Origin: a virus
Direction: 5' to 3' (one strand)
Virus record (IMG/VR): IMGVR_UViG_3300003543_000059
Coordinates: 13,883-77,882 of that record
DNA length: 64,000 bases
In this document: positions 29,895-39,459 of the stretch, piece by piece
Layout: the number at the start of each line of letters is the position of its first letter
How positions within the stretch are numbered: position 1 is the stretch's first letter
The notes under the pieces: generated by a model
Told to the model about the DNA's origin: nothing
The model's database searches: none
What the model saw: only the letters and a program-made list of their open reading frames with translations
Position numbers and translations under genes: made by a program

Positions 29895-30155
29895 CCAAAG
29901 TTAAAATATGAAGGTCTTGAAGCTGGAACTAAAATTAGAGCATATGATTTTCCTCCTATGCCTGACCGTGATGACCATTACGTCGAAGGTGTTATTGACC
30001 ATGTATCGGAAGAATATGGTTACAAAGCATATTACGTAAATGTCGAGGTTGACACTTCGCGTAAATTCACAAGTCGTAAAGCCGTGTTGGTTCCAATGGA
30101 ATCTGACATGGACTATGATGGTCGTGTAGTAGTATTAGAAGGTGAGACAGCATAA
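29892..30155 (+). CDS. Hypothetical early protein
   Basis: IRAYDF.PMP.R.D.YVEG motif; first gene after the early element. Confidence 0.7.
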   Translation: MPKLKYEGLEAGTKIRAYDFPPMPDRDDHYVEGVIDHVSEEYGYKAYYVNVEVDTSRKFTSRKAVLVPMESDMDYDGRVVVLEGETA

Positions 30156-30345
30156 ATACAAGCCAACAAGTTGTTCAGATAGCCATGCGGGTGGTAGCTG
30201 AACATATCAATTCTTTAAACCGCCAAGCTGATTTAGCTGCTGGTCATGCCCCAAGAGTTCATGACGATTTAAGAACGCAAGAAATTAAATTGCGTAAAGC
30301 GGTAAGAACTATCGAATCACATTTTTCTAATTATTGAGGTGTATT

Positions 30346-30645
30346 ATGGATGCTTATGAGAAAATGGCATATACGTATTTTGGGTTAGAACAAGAAGGGC
30401 AAGCCGAAGCGTTAAGTGCCGGAATATTGAATCTGGTTTCTCCTGAAGATAGAGCAGAACTTCTGATTGAATTCGCAAAAGAAGCTATACACTGCGAATA
30501 TGTTGATAACTACCGCTTTTACCCACACGATATGCGTGAAGAGTTTTATGCTCAAGCTGAAAAAGGATGTTGTGGTTCCGTTAACATCACGGTTAAGTGT
30601 AAAAGCAACAATATGTATCGAGTAGGTTTCAACTACGGACACTAA
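30346..30645 (+). CDS. Hypothetical protein
   Basis: GAGG RBS; GCCGS...GFNYGH C-terminus. Confidence 0.65.
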   Translation: MDAYEKMAYTYFGLEQEGQAEALSAGILNLVSPEDRAELLIEFAKEAIHCEYVDNYRFYPHDMREEFYAQAEKGCCGSVNITVKCKSNNMYRVGFNYGH

Positions 30646-30679
30646 TCTATAAATACTAGTAAAATTCATTAGGGAAGTT

Positions 30680-32386
30680 ATGAAGTTACTAGAAATCTTA
30701 CATCAATATGAGCATTATATTGATGTCTTGTTAGAAGCATCTGACTACAATATGATGTTCCCTGACCAATTCGTTGAAAAAGTTTCATCTGTATTACCTA
30801 AATACAATCGCACTTTTTTCAACGCGTCAATAGCAAAAGCCAAGAAAACTCTTAAACGTGAAGACCGTATCGTATGGTATTTGCGTTTATTGCGTCTAGA
30901 AATTGTTTTCCAATATTATCATAAAACACCGAAGACAGAAGAAACGAAAGCTATTCTTGATACTGAATTAAAGAAGTACAACAAGAAGTCCAGACAAAAT
31001 CTTACGTGGGACAAATTAAAAGCATTTTTTCCTATTAATCCTATACTTACTGCATTAGAACATTATCTTAGTTTAAAAATTAATGACATCAATCGTTATG
31101 TTTTTAAATATCAAAGTCCAGCAGAAATATCACAAGAATTTATGGAACTTGAAGAAGAATACAATGATTCTATGGGGGATGAAGACCGTTTAATTCCAGA
31201 AAATGATGAAATCGTTTTCTTGGATTGTGGTGGTGGTTTTAAATGGTTTAATCTTGAAAGAGCTTCATGTAGCGCAGAAGCTAAAGCTATGGGTCATTGT
31301 GGTAATTCGCCTTCAGGGTATGACAGCAACCAAACTATATTATCATTGAGGCAGTTTGTCAAGAAAGGTGACCAAGGCTATTGGAAACCTATTGCCACTT
31401 TTATTTATCACATTAACGAAAAATCGTTAGGTGAAATGAAAGGTAAGAACAACACTAAGCCAGTCAAACGTTATCACCCACAAATTTTAAAACTCTTATA
31501 TGATGATAGAATTCAAGCTATACATGGTGGTGGCTATTTGCCTGAAGAAAATTTCAGTGTAAATGATTTAGATGAAGCTGTAAGGGATAAGCTGTTAGAA
31601 GCTAAACCACGTTTAATGTCATTCATGGATAGAATTGATAAGGACGGTATCACCGAAGAAATTTTGAAAGAGTTGGAAAATGCTGGTGCCACTATTGACT
31701 ATAAAAATAAAGAATATCCTTACGTTTTAGAAACATTTGATAATCTTGGTGAAATGGTAGATGATATAGGCAATGACACAGCACAATGGATAATGAACGT
31801 GTTGGAAGGAAATGTGCATGTTGACTTTGATGAAGGATTAGACGACAAACAAATTTTTGACGACAATCTATCACATCAACAAGAAGAAATCATACGAGAA
31901 TATATTAGAACGAATCACCAAGAATTATATGATGAAGCTGAAGAAGCAAATGGCGGTGATGACCCAGATTGGTACGAACTTTCTGAACAAATATCTGGTG
32001 ATGATTGGTTTGCGAATTGGCTCGAAGAATTTAAGAGATTGCCTAGTGATGCGCAAAGAGCTGGTACCGAAAATGAAATGTCAAAAGCTTTAACGAGCAG
32101 TTTAGAATCGCTTGAACATGAATTTGATATTGGAGTTTTTCAGCATGGCGATAATGTTTGGGATTCTAAATACACGGCTAACCTAAGAAAATACGAATTG
32201 AAAGAATTTTCTGGTTTTGGTTATGATATTACTTCAGCAGAAGATTTTATCGAAGCTTTAGGTGAACATATGGCAGAAGAGAATATGGAACTGAAAGTTG
32301 CCGCGCCTTATTATGGTTTTGATATTGATTCATTTAACCAAGAAGCGAAACAACTACTTGAACAATTGGAAGAGAAAAACAAATGA
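30680..32386 (+). CDS. Late protein with PcfJ-like central domain and MKLLEI..LLE leader
   Basis: TATAAATA at 30648-30655; EA.AMGHC...ILSLR...EMKGKNN.KP motif. Confidence 0.65.
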   Translation: MKLLEILHQYEHYIDVLLEASDYNMMFPDQFVEKVSSVLPKYNRTFFNASIAKAKKTLKREDRIVWYLRLLRLEIVFQYYHKTPKTEETKAILDTELKKYNKKSRQNLTWDKLKAFFPINPILTALEHYLSLKINDINRYVFKYQSPAEISQEFMELEEEYNDSMGDEDRLIPENDEIVFLDCGGGFKWFNLERASCSAEAKAMGHCGNSPSGYDSNQTILSLRQFVKKGDQGYWKPIATFIYHINEKSLGEMKGKNNTKPVKRYHPQILKLLYDDRIQAIHGGGYLPEENFSVNDLDEAVRDKLLEAKPRLMSFMDRIDKDGITEEILKELENAGATIDYKNKEYPYVLETFDNLGEMVDDIGNDTAQWIMNVLEGNVHVDFDEGLDDKQIFDDNLSHQQEEIIREYIRTNHQELYDEAEEANGGDDPDWYELSEQISGDDWFANWLEEFKRLPSDAQRAGTENEMSKALTSSLESLEHEFDIGVFQHGDNVWDSKYTANLRKYELKEFSGFGYDITSAEDFIEALGEHMAEENMELKVAAPYYGFDIDSFNQEAKQLLEQLEEKNK

Positions 32387-32874
32387 AACTTAAAGAAATT
32401 CTAGAATATTACGAAAGATACATTGACATGCTCTTAGAAGCTGTCAATTATAACCAGATGTTTTCACCTACCTTAATTCAACATTTAGGTGCTGATGCGA
32501 ATGAGATAAAAACCTATATAGCTAAAGTTAAGAGCACACTGAAACGAGAAGATAGAATCGTGTGGTTCTTACGTTTGTTCAAAATGAATTTAATCGGTAA
32601 AGCTTTAGATAAAAACAAGACCCCAGAATTTAGAGCATATGCTGATAAGGAATTACAGAAGTATAATTCTAAAGCTGGTACACATGCCACATATTCAGGG
32701 TTGAAGCGTATGCCTTCATTGACACGCGCATTAGCAAAGCTGGAACATTATTACAGCATGGGAATTAACAAAGTTGATACCCACGTTTTAAAATATCAGC
32801 CCATCGAAGAAATTATTTCTCAATTTGAAAAATGGGAAAATGAACATCTAGCCAAAAATTCTGGTGATGAATGA
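32383..32874 (+). CDS. Paralog of the N-terminal domain of 30680
   Basis: Shared AK..LKREDRIVW.LRL, LEHY.S..IN and KYQ motifs. Confidence 0.75.
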   Translation: MKLKEILEYYERYIDMLLEAVNYNQMFSPTLIQHLGADANEIKTYIAKVKSTLKREDRIVWFLRLFKMNLIGKALDKNKTPEFRAYADKELQKYNSKAGTHATYSGLKRMPSLTRALAKLEHYYSMGINKVDTHVLKYQPIEEIISQFEKWENEHLAKNSGDE

Positions 32875-33518
32875 AATTAAATGAAATTAAACTCTTAAAC
32901 GAAACACCATTACCCGACGATTGGGATGGTGACATATACAATGAACGCATATCATTTGCTAAACGTATAAGATATGCTCAAGAACGTGCAAAAAAGCTTG
33001 GTACAGGCTCTTCACGCGTCGCTTTTGAAATACCCTATAAAGGACGACTAACAGTTCTTAAAATCGCTAAGAATCGCAAGGGGATGGCTCAGAATGAAGT
33101 TGAAGCGAACTTGATGTCTGATTATTATCTTATGAGCATGGGTATCGTTATTCCTATGATTGATTATGATGAACGTAATGCAATGCCAACATGGATTCAT
33201 ACAGAGAAAGCTGAAAAAATGACACTTCCTAAGTTCAGAAAATTTACAGGTGGTGGGGATTTTAGAGACTTAGTAAATTACGCATTAGCACTAACAGGTA
33301 ATGCTGGTAGGTACCAAAGCGTTGATTTGAAAAATCCTCCGGTTGATGTTGAATTAGAATTTGTGCAAGATTTCACTGAAGCTGTTGGTAACTATCAAGG
33401 TTCAATAGAATTTTTAGATGCAGCACAAAAAGCAAATTGGGGAATATACAAAGGTGACCCAGTTATGATTGACATTGGACTAAGTTCTGATGTATACAAA
33501 GAACATTACAGTAGGTAA
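32871..33518 (+). CDS. Protein-kinase-like fold protein
   Basis: LGTGSSR (Gly loop), VLKIA (Lys), QNEVE (Glu), D....NWG, IDIG. Confidence 0.65.
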   Translation: MKLNEIKLLNETPLPDDWDGDIYNERISFAKRIRYAQERAKKLGTGSSRVAFEIPYKGRLTVLKIAKNRKGMAQNEVEANLMSDYYLMSMGIVIPMIDYDERNAMPTWIHTEKAEKMTLPKFRKFTGGGDFRDLVNYALALTGNAGRYQSVDLKNPPVDVELEFVQDFTEAVGNYQGSIEFLDAAQKANWGIYKGDPVMIDIGLSSDVYKEHYSR

Positions 33519-33522
33519 GAGT

Positions 33523-33771
33523 ATGGAAACTAAGCAAACATTCAAAGAATTTTTAGAAGAACGAGCGTATGAAGGTAATAATTATCGTGAAACCTTTAAG
33601 GTTGATGGAAAAATGTTGAAGTTCTACCGTTTAGACCGTGATAAAGGTCAAGCTGCTTACATAAATGGTGATAAGATTTACATTATGGATGGTGATAAAG
33701 TAGTCTCTACCACCACCAAAGATAAATTTGACGATAAAATTGCGGACGAACCTAGACGCTTTACGCCTTAA
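33523..33771 (+). CDS. Small protein with TFKEFLEE leader (internal-protein-like)
   Basis: Likely start METKQTFKEFLEE. Confidence 0.65.
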   Translation: METKQTFKEFLEERAYEGNNYRETFKVDGKMLKFYRLDRDKGQAAYINGDKIYIMDGDKVVSTTTKDKFDDKIADEPRRFTP

Positions 33772-35681
33772 TCAGAAAATAACTTATAACGCTCTTTGTC
33801 GGATTTAGCCATACCATGAATTCGTTTCATTGGGTGTTTAGCTTTAAACACTTCGTTCCCGTTGTTATCTTGGGTGTATTGAACCACCATTTTTTTATCT
33901 ACATCAGGTCTGTTGGTGGTTAGTGCGTAATATACATCACCCGTTTTAGTGTCGGTTAGATATAGATTGCCTCGTTTATTCAAAGGTTTTTCACGGTAAG
34001 CTGGTGCTTCAGTTGAATGTTTTTCTATAAGTCTTAGTAACTTCGTATCATATTCACGTTTTTTATAGTTAGGTTCCATGCCTAGTTTCAACAAATAGCA
34101 GAATCTTAATATGAAGGTTTTAATAAGCCCAAATTTTTTATGGTAATTTTCACCACCTAAATATCTGAATTCAATACGACCGTCTTCATTAAAAGCGTTC
34201 ATACGATTGATACCATTAGACTTCTGATTAACTGGCATCAATGCTGTTATGATTTCCTTTTTCAATTTGGTGTAATCAGAAGCAGATAACCCATAATATT
34301 TAGCTTGTAATCCACTAGCAGCGTTTTGTATCCATTGCGTCATGGAATCAGCCCAACCACCATCTAAACGGTCTTCAAAGTGTTTTAGAATCAAACCTTC
34401 TTCCATAAACAACATCATCTTGAACACGTCAAGCTTATCAAGATTGAAATTTTTATAACTTAGGTTGACATGGAACCCAGTTTCTCCTGCGCCTCTACTT
34501 ATAGTCGCACCGTTATCATCAATATAATCAAAAACCTGTTCCATAGATTCTAATCCGGCTTGTAATGAAAGTTTAGGTGATGTTATTTCTACCCCACCCT
34601 CGTCTAATGAAAGCGACCCATCTTCAACAATGTTCCATTCATTTTCATCACTACCATTAACGTCTAGGGTATACGGAAAATCGTTGTGATTGAATTTGTT
34701 GGCGATTAAGCCTTCAAAATTATCATCACCATAAGTTCCATTATGTAGACTATCCAGCAATTCTTCGTTAGCTGAATCATATTCGTTTTCGTCGAATGCT
34801 TCATCGTACCCCATAAGCTTAATAAACGATTCTTCTTGGTCGGTTAAAGCTTCAAAGATGGCACCTTCTATGTGTTTCTTAATATCTGTTTTGGTTTCCT
34901 TTTTAAAGAAATATTCAATAGTATCAATGATTTCTGAAGGAACTGTTGGTATTTTAACACCTTCTTTATCTAAAAATTTGTTGTGTGCCATATAGTCACT
35001 GAATCTTTGAACTTCAAGAGGTACATCATCTTTACTAATCTTGTAGTAGCTTTCACCTTTCACGTTAGTTTCTAGTGAGGTAACTTCTTGATATTTTTTA
35101 ACTAATTTGAATTCTGGTTTATTTGCGTTTTGAAATCCATTAAGGTGCAACCCATAAGGTTCCAACTGTTTCATCGTCCATTCTCTAGCTTGATGATTGA
35201 TAGCTGTTCTATCATCACTTTCACTTTCTAATTTTGTGATTATATTTTGGCGTTTATTTGATATATCGTGGTACTTAGCAAGTGTTAATGGTTTATATGA
35301 TGTGCCATTGGTTTTATTGAACTCTTCTACAGTTTTAATCCACTCTTTTTCCTTATTTTTAACAGCTTTCTTGCCAGCTTTAGCGCGTTGTTCATCAAAC
35401 TGTTCTTGGTATGGCGATAAATCTATCGTTGTTTGAAGGTTAACTATTTTTTTGACAAAGGCTTCGTATATTTCTGTAGCTTCTTCACTATAGTGTTTAT
35501 AGTCTTTATGTTCATACATATCAGAAAAATCATCATTACTATCACCAAACCCAGCTAAGTTGTTATCATAGTATTCATATTCCAGACCTAAGAAAAATTT
35601 AGTATCATTCATTATTTCTCTATAAGAAGAAGCGTGAACCTTTTCGGTGATAAGATATTGTTTGAAAGTAAGAGATGCCAT
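33768..35681 (-). CDS. Putative amidoligase (COOH-NH2 ligase) paralog A
   Basis: GLEYEY, DGSL..GVEITSP, TGFHVN, RIEFR; leader TFKQYLITE; GATAAATA on the minus strand at 35709-35716. Confidence 0.8.
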   Translation of the reverse strand: MASLTFKQYLITEKVHASSYREIMNDTKFFLGLEYEYYDNNLAGFGDSNDDFSDMYEHKDYKHYSEEATEIYEAFVKKIVNLQTTIDLSPYQEQFDEQRAKAGKKAVKNKEKEWIKTVEEFNKTNGTSYKPLTLAKYHDISNKRQNIITKLESESDDRTAINHQAREWTMKQLEPYGLHLNGFQNANKPEFKLVKKYQEVTSLETNVKGESYYKISKDDVPLEVQRFSDYMAHNKFLDKEGVKIPTVPSEIIDTIEYFFKKETKTDIKKHIEGAIFEALTDQEESFIKLMGYDEAFDENEYDSANEELLDSLHNGTYGDDNFEGLIANKFNHNDFPYTLDVNGSDENEWNIVEDGSLSLDEGGVEITSPKLSLQAGLESMEQVFDYIDDNGATISRGAGETGFHVNLSYKNFNLDKLDVFKMMLFMEEGLILKHFEDRLDGGWADSMTQWIQNAASGLQAKYYGLSASDYTKLKKEIITALMPVNQKSNGINRMNAFNEDGRIEFRYLGGENYHKKFGLIKTFILRFCYLLKLGMEPNYKKREYDTKLLRLIEKHSTEAPAYREKPLNKRGNLYLTDTKTGDVYYALTTNRPDVDKKMVVQYTQDNNGNEVFKAKHPMKRIHGMAKSDKERYKLFSD

Positions 35682-35764
35682 AGTATGTTATCCGTGTTGA
35701 TTTGCTATTATTTATCATTTTTGATACAATAGCACCAACACATTAGTAACTTTGATAAATAGAT

Positions 35765-36226
35765 ATGAAAAAAACATTAGTTTTTGTTTACGGAAGTTTA
35801 AAGAAAGGGTATAGTAACCACGAGGTTCTGGACGATTCGATATTTGTTGGTGACCATGTTACTGATGAAAAATACACCATGTTAAGCATGGGAGCGTTCC
35901 CTTGTGTTGATGATGGTGGCACTACACCTATACACGGTGAAGTGTATGCGGTTACTGATGAAACACTGAACAATCTTGATATACTTGAAGGTTGTCCACG
36001 GTTTTTTAAACGTAAAATGTTAACAAGTACTTACGGTGAACTCGTGATGTATGTTATTAACAAGGAATGTTTAGTAGGCGAAGAATACCCTGTCATTAAA
36101 AGTGGTATATGGGAAAACCCTTGGGAAATGGAAGAAGCATATGATATTGACCAAGAAGTTGAATCGTGGGTAGAATATGATGACGATGAAGACAATTATA
36201 AATGTCAACATCGTAGTGAATATTAA
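35765..36226 (+). CDS. Gamma-glutamylcyclotransferase (AIG2-like)
   Basis: VFVYGSLKKG..NH, GEVY, LD.LEG. Confidence 0.9.
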   Translation: MKKTLVFVYGSLKKGYSNHEVLDDSIFVGDHVTDEKYTMLSMGAFPCVDDGGTTPIHGEVYAVTDETLNNLDILEGCPRFFKRKMLTSTYGELVMYVINKECLVGEEYPVIKSGIWENPWEMEEAYDIDQEVESWVEYDDDEDNYKCQHRSEY

Positions 36227-36243
36227 CTATTAGAGGTGATGTT

Positions 36244-36438
36244 GTGAATAGACCTAAAGTTGGACAAGTATTTATTAAGAAAGGGTTAGAACGCGAAATA
36301 GTAGACGTTCATTTTCGAGGGCATAGTAAACCTAATGATTACGATGTAGTTTGGCGAAGACCAAACACACACAAAAAATATACAATTTGGTTGCCGTATT
36401 GGACAAATTGGGTAGCCAGTGCAGAACTGGTAGAATAA
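36244..36438 (+). CDS. Hypothetical protein
   Basis: GAGGTG RBS; GTG start. Confidence 0.55.
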   Translation: MNRPKVGQVFIKKGLEREIVDVHFRGHSKPNDYDVVWRRPNTHKKYTIWLPYWTNWVASAELVE

Positions 36439-36456
36439 CATGGCAAAGGACATGGA

Positions 36457-38091
36457 ATGTTGGGAACATTTAAAGATTATTTAATCACAGAAAAAGTAAG
36501 TCAATCAGAATACGAAGAGATACTGGGTTCAGCTAAATATCGTGTTGGTATGGAGTTCGAATACATTGACAATGAGGTTCTAAGAGCCACTGCTGGTGAA
36601 TTCGAATTCGATATGTTGTGGGAAGGTTACAAGAAATTTATCCACAATGTTGAAAAAGCACAAAAAGAAGCTGAAGAAATTCGTGAAAAATGGCTAGAAG
36701 AACAACGTACCATCATTCAAAAACGTATCACTGAATTGCAAGGTGAAGACGGTGATGAAGATGACATAGATACTCTTCAAGATGCTATGAAAGGTGACGG
36801 TGACTTCTACGAACTTGATGGTTTTGAAGGGTTAGACGATTTGTCTCATGAATTTGATTTATTCGAAGAAGAACCATATTTCGATGTACCAGAAATCCCA
36901 GATGCTTTAATAGATTTTTGGGCTGAAGTTGTCACCGATGATAAAACACACGCTCAACCAGACGAAAAAGATATTCGCGAAGCTATTACGCAAGCAGTGC
37001 ATGAAGCATTGTTTGACCCCGAATCTGATTTTGACGCTGACATCATGCCTAAAGCTTATAACATGGTGGATTTTCAACACTTTGACCCTACACAGGTTCA
37101 ACCATCCTTAGAATCAATTGATTCCGGCTTTAACTTTGAAGAATTTCCATATAAAAACTATGTTATCGGTGGGTATAATGAGAACCAACACATTGTTAAC
37201 AAATGGCGAATAGAAACCGATGAATCATTAGAGCCTAGAGCTGGTGGTATAGAAGTTGTTTCGCCTATTACAGACTTACGCGATACGTTAGTTATCGTTA
37301 AACAGATGTTTGACTTTATTAATAGCAATGGTTATACGAATAAATCGTGTGGGTTACATGCTAACATGAGTTTTAAAGGTTATGATTTGAAAGAGTTAGA
37401 TGTGTTCAAGATGATGTTGTTCATGGAAGAAGGATTCATTTGGCAACATTTCCCTGACCGTAATGTAGCATCAGAATATCTGAGATTTACATATCAAGTT
37501 ATTGCTGGAAACACCAACATTAGCAGTGATTTGTTAAAGGATTTCAATAAAGCTGATATAGCTAAAGCTAAAACCATTATCAAAAATTCTCAAAACAATA
37601 TATTGAAATGGATGCAAGTAGCCCCTAATAAGGTTAATGGTATCAATGTATTATCACAACAAGGTTCTGCTGCTAAAAAGTTCAGAGATGGTAGGATTGA
37701 GTTTAGATATATTGGTGGTAAGGATTATTCTAAAAAATACAAACAAGTTAGGCTACAGCTTTTAAGATATGCGTTTTTATTGAGGCTGGGAATGGACCCC
37801 AACTTCAAAAAGAAAGAATATATCACTAAAGTAGCAAGAATGATTGAAAATTATGCTGAACATTTTCCTAAGAATGTTAGAGCTGAACGTTTAGCTGACT
37901 TGGAACTGTTAGTTACTGATGTTGTGAATAATGATGTTTATATGACCAGTAAAGACGATGAAAGCGGAACGATTATGCAATATTCTACGGATGCGGTAGA
38001 TAAGAAGAAGCTTATAGGTACGATTACTCCTGATATGCTGAAGGTTCGTATGAGAACGCAGCCAGAAAGATACCAGATGTATCGAGGATAA
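36457..38091 (+). CDS. Putative amidoligase paralog B
   Basis: GMEFEY, DESL..GIEVVSP, CGLHAN, RIEFR; leader TFKDYLITE. Confidence 0.8.
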   Translation: MLGTFKDYLITEKVSQSEYEEILGSAKYRVGMEFEYIDNEVLRATAGEFEFDMLWEGYKKFIHNVEKAQKEAEEIREKWLEEQRTIIQKRITELQGEDGDEDDIDTLQDAMKGDGDFYELDGFEGLDDLSHEFDLFEEEPYFDVPEIPDALIDFWAEVVTDDKTHAQPDEKDIREAITQAVHEALFDPESDFDADIMPKAYNMVDFQHFDPTQVQPSLESIDSGFNFEEFPYKNYVIGGYNENQHIVNKWRIETDESLEPRAGGIEVVSPITDLRDTLVIVKQMFDFINSNGYTNKSCGLHANMSFKGYDLKELDVFKMMLFMEEGFIWQHFPDRNVASEYLRFTYQVIAGNTNISSDLLKDFNKADIAKAKTIIKNSQNNILKWMQVAPNKVNGINVLSQQGSAAKKFRDGRIEFRYIGGKDYSKKYKQVRLQLLRYAFLLRLGMDPNFKKKEYITKVARMIENYAEHFPKNVRAERLADLELLVTDVVNNDVYMTSKDDESGTIMQYSTDAVDKKKLIGTITPDMLKVRMRTQPERYQMYRG

Positions 38092-38156
38092 ATTTGCATT
38101 TTGAAATCTACGTGATATAATAGACTCTAATTTAATCAAACGAGGTAAATATCATG
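38089..38156 (+). promoter_or_regulatory. Early promoter/RBS element copy 7
   Basis: TAAA-TTTGCA-17-TATAAT (TGATATAAT) AGACTC...GAGG..ATCATG. Confidence 0.78.
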
Positions 38157-38466
38157 AGAACTTTATTCAATATGTTCATAGTAGTGTTAGTGTTAGTTGC
38201 TGCATATATGCCATTAGCTTGGTGGGGTTATTACATCATAGCTTCTATTGTTGTGACTTATTTAGCTACACTAATGTTCAACAATGGTTCGGATATTGAC
38301 CCAGCGCATAATGATTATTCAACAAATGGAGAATAATTTCATTTGGTTGGTAGCAACCATCACATTTTTCGCGGTTTTCTTCCTTATGAAGCCGTTTGAT
38401 TATCTGGTTCTTGTCGTAGTTATAGGTATTTGTTTAAAGAATGGTTATGACCACAAAATTCGGTAA
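38154..38466 (+). other. Two small membrane proteins (38154-38336, ~38326-38466)
   Basis: Hydrophobic helices; coupled ORFs after the early element. Confidence 0.6.
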
Positions 38467-38586
38467 AGTTTTGGTGAGCTGAGTTATAAATACTCCATAG
38501 CCATTTACAGGAACCATCATGAAAATCGAAAACGACGAAGACCATTACGAATTCGTCGCTGTACCCAGCAATAATTAAGGATTACC

Positions 38587-39204
38587 ATGCAAGAACAACC
38601 ATTAGTAGACGTTAACGAAGCAATTTTTATACCTAGCCTTGATGTGCTTAGTAGCTTAGGTGACAATCCTATTATGCTGGAAACCACGTTTTCAGACATG
38701 ATGACTAGTTTGAGCAATCCCAATAACTTCAATACAAAGATGCGTCAACATGCGACACAACCTATCGTTGTTTCACAGTTGAAGATAATTCCTTATGTTG
38801 GTGTGAAGACGATATTGTTTAAAGGTGTGATTAAAGGTTCTACCGGAAAAACATATGACACACATGTTTTATTCAAACGTGTTAATTTTGTGGGTGATGT
38901 AGATGATGTAGAAGACATTGACAAGGATGTGGTTGAGTTTGTTGCTGCTGATGGTGAAACGTATTACATTGAGCGTATAAACCTTGCTAAACACGATTTA
39001 AGTGTGTCTTGTAACTGTTTAGACTTCAAGTGGACGTTTGCCAGACACAACGCTAAGACCAAAGATTTGTATGGTGGTGCTCCTGCTCCGTATAAGCCTA
39101 AAACCGATAGACCTTCACGTAACCTTAATGACAAACCTGCAATGTGCAAGCATTTAATTAAGACTGTTGATGCTTTGGTGCAAGCTGATATGGCTAAAGA
39201 GTAA
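38587..39204 (+). CDS. SWIM zinc-finger protein
   Basis: SCNCLDF...MCKHL; TATAAATA at 38485-38492. Confidence 0.75.
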   Translation: MQEQPLVDVNEAIFIPSLDVLSSLGDNPIMLETTFSDMMTSLSNPNNFNTKMRQHATQPIVVSQLKIIPYVGVKTILFKGVIKGSTGKTYDTHVLFKRVNFVGDVDDVEDIDKDVVEFVAADGETYYIERINLAKHDLSVSCNCLDFKWTFARHNAKTKDLYGGAPAPYKPKTDRPSRNLNDKPAMCKHLIKTVDALVQADMAKE

Positions 39205-39251
39205 AAACTTTTTATAAATAGGTGTAATAACCATTATAAGAGGATTCCAAA

Positions 39252-39422
39252 ATGGCTGAAGAAAATACACAAGATGCGGTAGTTGAAGATGATGTTACTA
39301 CTCCGGTAGTTGAGCCTAAACCTACGCCTAAACCTGCTGTTACTAGAGCAAATAGTAATGTCCCAGCAAACAAACCTGTAAATGTTGGTAACGCTCCACA
39401 AAACAAACCTGTAAATATATAG
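39252..39422 (+). CDS. Small Pro/Asn-rich late protein (56 aa, not in ORF track)
   Basis: TATAAATA at 39213-39220, GAGGA RBS, MAEENTQDAVVEDDVTTPVVEPKPTPKP..., terminator after. Confidence 0.7.
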   Translation: MAEENTQDAVVEDDVTTPVVEPKPTPKPAVTRANSNVPANKPVNVGNAPQNKPVNI

Positions 39423-39429
39423 GAAACGA

Positions 39430-39459
39430 TAAGAACCGTTTCGGGAGTTACGGTTCTTA
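39430..39459. terminator. Hairpin between convergent genes
   Basis: TAAGAACCGT / ACGGTTCTTA. Confidence 0.65.

Noticed and set aside
30151-30337. CATAAATA plus TGTTCAG/CTGAACA hairpin as a small RNA
   Set aside because: The interval is an open frame (INTSQQVVQIAMRVV...NY*), so a small CDS with a non-ATG or internal start is equally likely; evidence is insufficient.
12252-38156. Dispersed repeats as a CRISPR array or attC-type sites
   Set aside because: Copies are kilobases apart, non-palindromic and fully explained as promoter plus RBS; no cas or integrase gene is in the window.
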